Below are positions 39,046-47,210 of a DNA stretch of 64,000 nt, in pieces. Below the pieces are notes generated by a model, which was given only the letters and a program-made list of their open reading frames with translations, searched no databases and was not told the DNA's origin. The stretch is from Anaerolineales bacterium (GTDB taxonomy: Bacteria > Chloroflexota > Anaerolineae > Anaerolineales > E44-bin32). The position numbers were made by a program, and so were the translations under genes. The stretch is taken from the NCBI GenBank assembly GCA_034430695.1, contig DAOUEE010000200.1, positions 19,834 to 83,833 of the forward strand, read 5' to 3'. Position 1 is the stretch's first letter. Every line of letters starts with the position of its first letter.

Positions 39046-40001
39046 GTGTGCCTCCCTTCAATGGTTCGGGGCTGTCGGCTGCGTATTTGCTCCCACATGC
39101 GGCAGTAGGTGCATGTGTCCGGCGCCGTTGTCGGCTGCCCGCAGGATTGGCAAGTCCGAAGTTCACGGGAATCATCGGAATCACCATCGGCGAGGAAACC
39201 GGATTCTTTCGCTTGCAAGAAGGAGAGCAAGAAGGACAGTTTCGCACCCGGCCGTCTGTTTTCCATGGTATTGAGCAGTTCCTTGTAATAGAGTGATGTC
39301 GCCCCCGTCGCGTGAGGACATTCTTCGTAGATGTATTCGATTCCCCGCAGGAGTGCATAAGCAGCCGTCTCCCGTTCGTAAAATCGGAAGAACGGTTTGG
39401 CTTTACGCACCAATCCGGATTTGGCTTCGAGAAGCGGACTTTGCCGGGTGAGGTATCCGGTCGCCCAATTTATTGTGTTGCCGAACAGTACTGCAGCTTC
39501 GTCGTCCAGATTGTGGCCCGTAACGAGCACGTCATAATTCTGCTCGCGGGCGACACGATTGAGGACATGTCGTTTGGTGAGACCACACACGGAACACGGC
39601 CTGCCTTGTCCCCGCAAGGTCCGGCGGGAAGCTTCCGGGATCGTGAAACCCTCCAACGAGTCGATAGCAACGACCTGCAGATGCAGCTTGTTGGCTTCCG
39701 CAAAATCCTCTGCAATCCGCTGGGATTTTGAGGAATAATGCGCTCCATCGTCGATGCCCAGGTTGATGTAAAGACCATCGGCATGGTATCCCAGGCGGGC
39801 GAGAACGTCCCAGAGGCTCAAGGAGTCCTTTCCGCCGGAGACGGCGACAAGGATTCGATCATCATTTGTAAACATCCCATATTTTTCGATGAAACGTTGC
39901 GTTTGCTGCGGAATCCAATCGAGGAAATGCTGTTCGCACAAGCCCAGCTTGTGTTGTCGCATGTTGATTACGGCTTTCTTGCCGCATTTTCGACAATTCA
40001 T
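39042..40001 (-). CDS. ttuA: TtuA/NcsA-family tRNA 2-thiolation PP-loop ATPase
   Basis: N-terminal Zn finger CRKC...CEQH, PP-loop SGGKDS, Fe-S cysteines CSVC and ECPH, and C-terminal Zn finger CQSC...CTYC. ATGA overlap with the queF start. Confidence 0.85.
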   Translation of the reverse strand: MNCRKCGKKAVINMRQHKLGLCEQHFLDWIPQQTQRFIEKYGMFTNDDRILVAVSGGKDSLSLWDVLARLGYHADGLYINLGIDDGAHYSSKSQRIAEDFAEANKLHLQVVAIDSLEGFTIPEASRRTLRGQGRPCSVCGLTKRHVLNRVAREQNYDVLVTGHNLDDEAAVLFGNTINWATGYLTRQSPLLEAKSGLVRKAKPFFRFYERETAAYALLRGIEYIYEECPHATGATSLYYKELLNTMENRRPGAKLSFLLSFLQAKESGFLADGDSDDSRELRTCQSCGQPTTAPDTCTYCRMWEQIRSRQPRTIEGRHT

Positions 40002-40025
40002 GGCTGTCTATCGATCCAATGGGAA

Positions 40026-40232
40026 CTATTCGCGATTGGAACCGCCCGAAATCACCGCGATCAGGCGGATTTCCTCACCCTCTGTGAGAATCTCGTCGTC
40101 CGTGATGAGTTCCCCATTTCTGGTTATGAGAACCGTCTCGGGCAGCACGTTGATTTTCTTCAGTGCGTCTCGAGCTGTCATGCCTGCCCGTACTTCGTAT
40201 ACAGCGTCGCGCAATTTGATGGATACCGGCAT
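40026..40232 (-). CDS. ThiS/MoaD/TtuB-like ubiquitin-fold sulfur carrier with residues after the GG motif
   Basis: 68 aa beta-grasp-like protein ending ...IRLIAVISGGSNRE. Located directly upstream of ttuA. Confidence 0.7.
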   Translation of the reverse strand: MPVSIKLRDAVYEVRAGMTARDALKKINVLPETVLITRNGELITDDEILTEGEEIRLIAVISGGSNRE

Positions 40233-40253
40233 GTTGAACCCGATACCTCCTGG

Positions 40254-40282
40254 ATTGTACCCAGCCGTCCGGGGCCAGTCAA
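40254..40282 (-). promoter_or_regulatory. near-consensus sigma70 promoter of the thiS-like/ttuA/queF/yhhQ operon
   Basis: Minus strand TTGACT (40282-40277), 17 nt, then TACAAT (40259-40254). The predicted 5' UTR is only about 15 nt. Confidence 0.55.
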
Positions 40283-40334
40283 TGAACGTCGAATTCGGTG
40301 GCGGAAAGGACGCGTTGGACCGAGTTGGGACAGC

Positions 40335-41243
40335 TTATACTTTGGCCGCCGATCGTTGTTCTTCTGTATACATGGCGTTAAAAGCGGCGATGGCGATCGC
40401 CAGCATATCATCATCTGGCTCGGCCGTCGTCATGTTCTGCAGCCATAGATTTGGGGCCATGAGGATTTTCGCCAGGGTATGATTGCGCAATCTTCCCGTG
40501 AAACGGATGTACTCATAGGCCAGCGAAGCGAGTAAGGGGAGCAGCACCAGACGGCTTATAATTCGGGTGTGCATCGGCAAGGGGCCGATGGCGCTGAAAA
40601 GCAGTATCGAAAATACAAACACGGTGAGCAGGAAGGCCGTTCCACAGCGGGGATGTTGGCGTGAGTAAGGCCGAACGCCTTCTACATTCAATTCGGCGCC
40701 ATCTTCGAATGCGTTGATCGTTTTATGTTCTGCGCCATGATACATGTACACGCGTCGAATGTCCGCAACGCGGCGTATGGCTACGAGGTACGCAAACAGC
40801 AATCCGAGGCGCACGAAACCCTCGAGCAGATTGGATTGCCAGGCGTTCCAGGCAAGGAATCGTTCCGCCAGATAAGCAATTCCGATCGGCAGGAGCATGA
40901 ATACAGCTACGGCGAAGAGCAGCGAGGGAATAAGCGTGAGGGCGAGCATCCTTCCTTCGATCTTCTCATTTTCCGGCGCTTGAATGTTCGCTGAAAATAC
41001 GAGCGCCCGAATGCCGAGAGCGAGCGCGTCCCAGAGCGTGATCAAACCGCGGACGAACGGCATTTGTGCAATCCTGCTTTGATAAATCCTGCCGAGTTCT
41101 TCAGTTTCGACGACGATGGATTGGTCCGGCGCACGCACGGCCATGGCACAGCTATGCGTTCCCCGCATCATCACACCTTCGATCAACGCCTGGCCGCCGT
41201 ACGAGGGTAATTTTTCTTCCATGTTGTTTTTCATCTCCCGCAT
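40335..41243 (-). CDS. DUF1385 domain-containing membrane protein
   Basis: YGGQALIEGVMMRG N-terminus and HGAEHK motif with several TM helices. The start may be ATG 41222. Confidence 0.8.
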   Translation of the reverse strand: MREMKNNMEEKLPSYGGQALIEGVMMRGTHSCAMAVRAPDQSIVVETEELGRIYQSRIAQMPFVRGLITLWDALALGIRALVFSANIQAPENEKIEGRMLALTLIPSLLFAVAVFMLLPIGIAYLAERFLAWNAWQSNLLEGFVRLGLLFAYLVAIRRVADIRRVYMYHGAEHKTINAFEDGAELNVEGVRPYSRQHPRCGTAFLLTVFVFSILLFSAIGPLPMHTRIISRLVLLPLLASLAYEYIRFTGRLRNHTLAKILMAPNLWLQNMTTAEPDDDMLAIAIAAFNAMYTEEQRSAAKV

Positions 41244-41246
41244 ACT

Positions 41247-42617
41247 CTATTCTTCTGCCGTCTCGAATAACAAATGAATGTAGGTTTCGATGCCGCGATA
41301 AAACGTTGGGATGTGCTGCTTTTCGTTGGGGGCGTGCAGGTTGTCATCGGGTAAACCGAATCCCATGATGAGGCTCTCCAATCCCAGCTGCTCCTGGATG
41401 ATGCCCACGACCGGAACGGAACCGCCCTGACGTTGAAAGACGGGAGTTTTACCCCAGACTTCCTGGAAGGCTCTCGCTGCTGCACGGACGGAGGCCGAGT
41501 CGCGCTCGCTGATCGACGGGTGGCAGCTCGACAAGTCCTCCAATTCCCAGGTTACGGTCGGTGGTGCGTTCTCGGACAGGTAGGTTTCCACGATGGTTTT
41601 AATCTTCTGCGGATCTTGATCGGGCACCAGACGCATGGAGAATTTCGCCATGGCCTTCGCAGGAAGAACGGTTTTCGAGCCTTTGCCCGTAAATCCACTC
41701 AGCAGGCCGTTAACGTCCAACGTCGGCCGGGCAGTGGCTCGCTCCGCGGCGGTGTACCCTTCTTCGCCGAAAAGGACGGGAACGCCGGTCTGCTCGAGCC
41801 ACCAGGAATCCTGCTTGGCCACCATCTCCTGGCGGTCCTCGTCCGTAAGCGGACGGACGTCGTCGTAGAAGCCGGAAAGCGTGACCCTGCCGCTGGAGTC
41901 GCGCATGCCTGCGATCAACTGGCATAGAACGTTGGCGGGATTATCGATCGCGCCGCCAAACAAGCCGGAATGCAAATCGCTTTTTGCGCCTTGCAAGCGA
42001 AGTTCGAAGTAGGCCAGACCGCGCAAGGTATACGTCAGTGAGGGGGTGTCGGGATCCAATATCCCCGAATCGCAGTTCAAACAAAAGGTGCTGGACAACA
42101 GATCCTTGTGTTCGTGGATAAATCCGGCGAGGTGGGGCGAACCGACTTCCTCTTCGCCTTCGAGCATGAATTTGAGGTTCACGGGCAATCGGGAAGTGTT
42201 TTGGATGGCCTTTACCGCCGTGAGAAAGGCAATCATCTGTCCCTTCATGTCGGACGCACCGCGAGCGTACAGATTTTCCCCTCGCACTTGAGGGTCGAAG
42301 GGATCGCTTTTCCATTCCTCCAGGGGTTCCGGAGGTTGAACATCGTAATGTCCGTACACCAGGATCGTCGGTTTGTCTGATTCGGCCTCCATCCACTCGG
42401 CGTATACCACCGGATGACCACCGGTTTCGATTGTTTTCGCGACCTCGCATCCGAGCTCACGCAGTTCCTCGGCGATCCACCCGGCTGCTCGCTCGACGTC
42501 CGCTTTATTTTCCGGAAGCGTCGAAATCGAAGGTATGCGAAGTATGGTCTTGAAATCCTCCAACGCAGCGTCTTGATGTGAACGAGCCCATTCGATGGCA
42601 GATGATCTGGCGGACAT
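41247..42617 (-). CDS. M20 family dipeptidase / metallohydrolase
   Basis: GHYDVQP and ARGASDMKG motifs. ATG 42617 lies 7 nt after AAGGAG. Confidence 0.85.
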   Translation of the reverse strand: MSARSSAIEWARSHQDAALEDFKTILRIPSISTLPENKADVERAAGWIAEELRELGCEVAKTIETGGHPVVYAEWMEAESDKPTILVYGHYDVQPPEPLEEWKSDPFDPQVRGENLYARGASDMKGQMIAFLTAVKAIQNTSRLPVNLKFMLEGEEEVGSPHLAGFIHEHKDLLSSTFCLNCDSGILDPDTPSLTYTLRGLAYFELRLQGAKSDLHSGLFGGAIDNPANVLCQLIAGMRDSSGRVTLSGFYDDVRPLTDEDRQEMVAKQDSWWLEQTGVPVLFGEEGYTAAERATARPTLDVNGLLSGFTGKGSKTVLPAKAMAKFSMRLVPDQDPQKIKTIVETYLSENAPPTVTWELEDLSSCHPSISERDSASVRAAARAFQEVWGKTPVFQRQGGSVPVVGIIQEQLGLESLIMGFGLPDDNLHAPNEKQHIPTFYRGIETYIHLLFETAEE

Positions 42618-42942
42618 GTGTGAACTCCTTACCGTCGGGAAGACTTCAACGAAAATCACATTTCCCAACGCACCTGGGGAAAGGTAATGAATTACAAGTC
42701 AGTACGAAAGTTATGGAACGAATTATAATGGGTATCGGCGTTTCAACACATCACATCCATTCTACCACTTTCAAATACCAGCATACTTTTATTCCGTTCA
42801 TCCAAGAAACGTTGAGGAAGGCCGCTATCCGCATGTGGTAAATTTCAGAAGATGTGATAGGTTTAACGCCTGCCGACAGCTCGGGTTGGGGGTGGAAACT
42901 TTCGGGAATGCCCTATAATGGAGGATACACGGTATAACGGCC

Positions 42943-43305
42943 ATGGAATTACCCGTCGTTAATCCGTCTGAAGAAGCTCTCCCGCCCGAAGAAGTTCGTA
43001 TTCGGACGGTGTCATTCGCCGTTCAAGCGGATCGTCGTCGAGTAAGAATCTCGATGGAGTTGACACCATTTCAAAGTCCACCGGATGTAGCTGTGGTAAT
43101 CACGGATGATGATGGTGTTGAGTTGGTCAGCACGAATATTATCGGCGCGACGAACAGCAGATTGGCGTTTACGATGCATCTTCCCGAATTGGAGCCTTCC
43201 GGCCAGTGTCTCTTCCGTGCTGCCGTGGAGTATCAGGAGCAGGGGAAGGTAGACGAAGTAGTGAAGGCGTTTTCACCAGTCAATACTTCGTCGGAAGCAG
43301 ATTGA
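42943..43305 (+). CDS. hypothetical 120-aa protein, predicted beta-rich, co-transcribed with the STAND regulator
   Basis: ORF with no homology I recognise. Preceded by TATAAT 42914-42919. Its stop lies 8 nt before the regulator ATG, and the regulator SD (GAGGGGA) sits inside its 3' end. Confidence 0.55.
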   Translation: MELPVVNPSEEALPPEEVRIRTVSFAVQADRRRVRISMELTPFQSPPDVAVVITDDDGVELVSTNIIGATNSRLAFTMHLPELEPSGQCLFRAAVEYQEQGKVDEVVKAFSPVNTSSEAD

Positions 43306-43313
43306 GGGGACGG

Positions 43314-46300
43314 ATGGCGAAATTCAATTCCGTTCTACGGCACGCAATCACACCACTGAGTTTCGATGTCGAAACCAAGGTGCATCGAGAACACCTGGTC
43401 GATGAAATCCACGCGAACATTCCCCGAAAACTCATCATCGTTGCCGCCCCGGCAGGATATGGGAAAACGACGCTCCTGGCCGATTTTACGAAACACACAG
43501 AATTGCCGGTTTGTTGGGCGCGGCTGTCTGCGGTAGATCAAGACCTGTTCCATTTTGCCATGGTGCTTTCCAGCTCGCTGCAACGACGTTTCCGGCGTCT
43601 GCAGGGGATTTTTGATTTCGATTCGCTTTCCGATTACTCGCCTGAAGCCCTTGCACGCATGTTTGCCGAGGTGATCGATGCCAAAATTAACGAGACTTTC
43701 GTCATCGCTCTGGACGACGTGCACTGGATCAACAAATCCAAGCCGATCTTGAATTTCCTGGACCAGTTCTTGGAGGAACAACCCGAACAGGCCACGCTCA
43801 TCGCTACGGGGCGAGAAGTTCTGGAGGTTTCTCTGGCAAAGTTCATGGCGGAGGGGAACTTGGTCGGCTTCGGTCCGCAAGATCTGGCCTTGTCGAGAGA
43901 AGAAATTATTCAACTTGCACGCGTTCATTCCAACCTGGAAATCGGTGTGGATGCCGCGGAGCGATTGCAGCATGATACTCGTGGCTGGATCACGGGTGTG
44001 ATCCTCTCGGCGGAACTCTCGGGCCGGGGATTGAATGCGCTGAAGATGAGTTCACGGCCGATGGTTTACGAGTACCTCGCTTCGGTCGTACTGAATCGCC
44101 AACCGGATGATCTGCGCCGTTTCGTGTTGGACACCTCCGTGTTTCCGGTTATGACGGTGGAGGGCTGCAATTACTTGCTGCGGCGTGACGATAGTTCCAG
44201 TATGCTCGCCCGCATCGTCGACCGGGGATTGTTCGTCACGGCGACCGATGAAGGCCCCAGAACATACGAATACCACCCTCAATTCCGTGAATTTCTATTG
44301 GAAACTCTCCAGGGTGGAGATGCGCAGCGATACAAGGGCTTGCTGAACCGTGCGGCGAGATATCTGGCCGATCACGATTCGCCCGAGTATGCCGTCGAGC
44401 TTTTCTGCGATGCCGGGGAAGGAAAACGTGCTGTCGAGCTGGCCGAAGGACGGGCCCGTGAGATGTTTGTCAGCGGGCGTTGGCAAACACTCGAGTTGTG
44501 GGCGCGACGACTCGAAGAGATCGAATCTCCCGCGCCACGCGTGTTGCTTTACCTCGCGGCGAAATATACCCAGCAAGGAAGGCTGGAGGAAGCGGAGAAA
44601 AATCTCGATCAAGCGAAAACGATGCTGGATTTGGATTCGCCCAAAAATTTGCGAGCGTACTATGAAATTCTTCGCGGCCACGTGGCGCTTCGTCGCGGAT
44701 CCTATGAGGCTGTGATCGAGGTTATTGCTCGTGCGGAGGAAATTTTAAAACCGTCCGGCAAGCGCCTGCAAAAAGCAGAATGCTACCGACTGCGTGCGCT
44801 CGCATCTTCGTTGAAGGGAGATTTACTGACGGCCGAATCCTACTGTGCGAAGGCCGTTGCTTTATATCAAAAGACGGACGAAAAATTAGATTTGGCTTAT
44901 GGTTTGATCGATCAATCGACAATTCAGGTGGCTTTGGGAAAATCCTCGGAAGCGTACGCTACGACGAAGCAAGCCCATCAAATTCTGCTGCAAGGTGGAG
45001 CTCCCTTGCCGCTGGCGGTTTCATTCATGAATCTCGCACACGATGCGCATCAGCGCGGTGAGTATGAAGAGGCCATGGAGCTTTACAATGAAGGTCTCAA
45101 GTATACACGTCAAGCGGCCAGCCCTCCTCAAGAAGCCCTGATCCTCTTCGGGCAAGCGGATTTATTCAATGATCTTAACCTCGCCTTGCAGGCTGCAGAA
45201 CTGTACGGATTGGGTCTGGATATTGCCATTCGGTTGGATGATCTACAGCAAATACGTTACGGGTGCGTGCAGACGAGCGTCCTACACCGCAGGCGCGGGG
45301 GAGGCAGCCTGGCGCACGATTGGCTTCGGCGGGCGATCAAACTCGAAAAGACCAGTGATCTGACAACCGATATCTTGATTCAATTGGCGGCACTCGAATC
45401 GATGGCTAAACCCCAGCAGTCCATTATGAAGCTTAAATCCATCCTATTGAAGGAACACAATAGCGATGTCGGTATCACCACTTTAGGTCTCTACTTCCAA
45501 TCGCGGGCGGAGTTTGCGATCGGGGCTCGGGATGAAGCGCAAAATACTCTCGAACGTGCTCTCGGTTGGGCCAACACCAACGGAACCGAACAATTGCTCT
45601 CGGCTGAACTATCATTTGATGATTCCTTTCGAGAGTTTGCAAGGAATCGCCTCACTGGTCACCCTTCTCTTTCGATTGTTCTACGCAGAGTGGATACAAT
45701 GCGTGCAGTCGCGCAACATTACCGGGATATTGGCGAAGAAAAGGATCTTCGGGGCGTGCGACTCGTGTTCAAAGCGTTCGGGGAAGCCAATGTTCTCAAG
45801 AATGATTCCCAGATCACGGATCTGAAACCACTTGCACGAGAAGTGTTGTTCTATTTAATCGATCACCAGCACGTCGACCGGGATGTACTCCTGGAGACTT
45901 TCTGGCAACACCATCCTCCGGGCCGGCAGGTAGCGAATTTGCATACCGCTGTCTACAGCCTGCGTCGTGTACTGGGCCGTTCGACAATTCTACACGAGGG
46001 TTCGGTGTACTCGATCAATGTAGAAATCGCCATCGAATACGACGTGGCTCGATTTGAACGGGCTACATCGGTGGCTGAAAGCCTTCCGATTGGGGATCCT
46101 CGCCGCATGTTCGCTCTTACGGAAGCGATCAATTCATACACGGGATCGTTCTTATCCGAATTCGATTCAGATTGGGTGGTCGAACGGCGCCGGGATTTAG
46201 AACTTCAATATCTTGATTTGTTGGCCCAGCACGCCGAAGAGGCGTTGATCCGCGATCAGCCGTTAAGGGCTGTAAATACACTTCGTCAGGCTTTACAAAT

Positions 46301-46472
46301 CGATCCTCTTCGTGATGATACCAACTTCCACTTTTTAGAAGCGCTCGGGCGATTGGGCCGGCGAAGCGAGATCGTGGCTCACTATCAGAAGTATGTGAAC
46401 GGGCTCTCGACAGAATTGGGGTTGGATCCGCCGAAAACAGTCCGTGATCTTTACGCTCGTTTAATAAAGTGA
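43314..46472 (+). CDS. MalT-like STAND NTPase + TPR + C-terminal OmpR-type wHTH + BTAD (SARP-like) transcriptional regulator
   Basis: Walker A AAPAGYGKTTLL and Walker B FVIALDDVHW, with a MalT-like arm (TRGWITGV, YEYHPQFREFL). Long TPR-like middle. C-terminus (from about 45760) LAREVLFYLI...LLETFWQHHPPGRQVANLHTAVYSLRRVLG, then a BTAD helical domain ending LYARLIK. Start taken at ATG 43314. Confidence 0.85.
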   Translation: MAKFNSVLRHAITPLSFDVETKVHREHLVDEIHANIPRKLIIVAAPAGYGKTTLLADFTKHTELPVCWARLSAVDQDLFHFAMVLSSSLQRRFRRLQGIFDFDSLSDYSPEALARMFAEVIDAKINETFVIALDDVHWINKSKPILNFLDQFLEEQPEQATLIATGREVLEVSLAKFMAEGNLVGFGPQDLALSREEIIQLARVHSNLEIGVDAAERLQHDTRGWITGVILSAELSGRGLNALKMSSRPMVYEYLASVVLNRQPDDLRRFVLDTSVFPVMTVEGCNYLLRRDDSSSMLARIVDRGLFVTATDEGPRTYEYHPQFREFLLETLQGGDAQRYKGLLNRAARYLADHDSPEYAVELFCDAGEGKRAVELAEGRAREMFVSGRWQTLELWARRLEEIESPAPRVLLYLAAKYTQQGRLEEAEKNLDQAKTMLDLDSPKNLRAYYEILRGHVALRRGSYEAVIEVIARAEEILKPSGKRLQKAECYRLRALASSLKGDLLTAESYCAKAVALYQKTDEKLDLAYGLIDQSTIQVALGKSSEAYATTKQAHQILLQGGAPLPLAVSFMNLAHDAHQRGEYEEAMELYNEGLKYTRQAASPPQEALILFGQADLFNDLNLALQAAELYGLGLDIAIRLDDLQQIRYGCVQTSVLHRRRGGGSLAHDWLRRAIKLEKTSDLTTDILIQLAALESMAKPQQSIMKLKSILLKEHNSDVGITTLGLYFQSRAEFAIGARDEAQNTLERALGWANTNGTEQLLSAELSFDDSFREFARNRLTGHPSLSIVLRRVDTMRAVAQHYRDIGEEKDLRGVRLVFKAFGEANVLKNDSQITDLKPLAREVLFYLIDHQHVDRDVLLETFWQHHPPGRQVANLHTAVYSLRRVLGRSTILHEGSVYSINVEIAIEYDVARFERATSVAESLPIGDPRRMFALTEAINSYTGSFLSEFDSDWVVERRRDLELQYLDLLAQHAEEALIRDQPLRAVNTLRQALQIDPLRDDTNFHFLEALGRLGRRSEIVAHYQKYVNGLSTELGLDPPKTVRDLYARLIK

Positions 46473-46677
46473 ATCACACACTCTAAAATCGGACTTTCGG
46501 CATAATCTGGAGAACTCACTTCGATTGATGGCCATGCGTTTGGAATCGAACTGCGTTCTCCCCACGATTGCTGTACACTACACCTCATAACCATCTCCAC
46601 GCATCCATTCATCACCGCTCCAATACAACCCTGATACGGCCTGATAAGTGTGGACCATCCAACGTATGCCGATTGTC

Positions 46678-46710
46678 GTTGAGAATCTGTTGAGACCTTT
46701 ATTGTAGAGT
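46678..46710 (+). promoter_or_regulatory. candidate SARP-box promoter: two exact heptamer direct repeats at 11-bp spacing plus a -10-like hexamer
   Basis: GTTGAGA (46678-46684), atct, GTTGAGA (46689-46695), 9 nt, then TAGAGT (46705-46710). It lies 28 nt upstream of the micropeptide SD. Confidence 0.4.
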
Positions 46711-46749
46711 AATTAACAGAGAGAGAACACATTCAATAAGGAGGTTGCC

Positions 46750-46800
46750 ATGCCGAATGTGCGCTGCGTTCGCGGTGGTGGTCTTATTGGCGGGGGCTAG
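46750..46800 (+). CDS. candidate 16-aa Gly-rich micropeptide or leader peptide (MPNVRCVRGGGLIGGG)
   Basis: Perfect AAGGAGG (46738-46744), 5 nt, ATG, then 16 codons ending in TAG. Followed by a palindrome and a terminator. Confidence 0.35.
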   Translation: MPNVRCVRGGGLIGGG

Positions 46801-46843
46801 ATCCTTAGCCGTTAATAATTGAATTAACACCAATAAAACGCCT

Positions 46844-46880
46844 GGCAGCGAGGCGACTTGACTTGCTGCCTTTTTATTTC
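46844..46880 (+). terminator. intrinsic terminator or attenuator after the micropeptide ORF
   Basis: GGCAGCGAG / CTTGCTGCC, a 9-bp stem (one G-U pair) with a 9-nt loop, followed by TTTTTATTTC. Confidence 0.55.
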
Positions 46881-46919
46881 TGGACGTTTTCAACTTTACT
46901 AAACTCAGGAGGTTTTAAG

Positions 46920-47210
46920 ATGAGTATGCAGAGTCTGAATCAACTTGTGGCGCGTTCGATTATCGATCCCGGGATCGTGCAGGCTTTCAGTTCCGGAAAC
47001 AGGTCTGCAATCCTCAGCGAAATGGAGTTTTCGCCCGAGCTTCGGTCGGATCTCAACTGCATTGAAGCGAGTTCGTTTGTGGAATTCGCGATCAAAGCCT
47101 ACCGTGTGGTAAAAGCTTCGGAAGTAAAGCCGCTGCAAATCGAACTTCCCTCTCCGATTGCGGGTTTGGTGCCGGATCAAGATTGTGCTGAGGGTGAACA
47201 AGCTGCATGA
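46920..47210 (+). CDS. 96-aa helical protein with faint LigA / NHLP-leader-like resemblance
   Basis: AGGAGG (46907-46912), 7 nt, then ATG. SLNQLVARSIIDPGIVQAFSSGN...FSPELRSDLNCIEASSFVEFA resembles LigA-subunit/NHLP-clan small proteins. This is from memory, not a search. Confidence 0.55.
   Translation: MSMQSLNQLVARSIIDPGIVQAFSSGNRSAILSEMEFSPELRSDLNCIEASSFVEFAIKAYRVVKASEVKPLQIELPSPIAGLVPDQDCAEGEQAA

Noticed and set aside
40233-40334. preQ1 riboswitch upstream of the queF-containing operon.
   Set aside because: The promoter-to-ATG distance leaves only about 15 nt of 5' UTR, and the internal gene junctions are 24 nt or shorter or overlapping. There is no room for an aptamer.
42714-42842. Small His-rich ORF (MERIIMGIGVSTHHIHSTTFKYQHTF...) and a second TATAAT in the AT-rich spacer upstream of the 120-aa gene.
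   Set aside because: It has only a weak GAAAG upstream and nothing recognisable. It cannot be distinguished from a chance ORF in AT-rich intergenic DNA.
46699-46893. 64-aa minus-strand ORF overlapping the micropeptide and terminator region.
   Set aside because: It has no SD, it runs antisense through a terminator hairpin, and its translation is low complexity.
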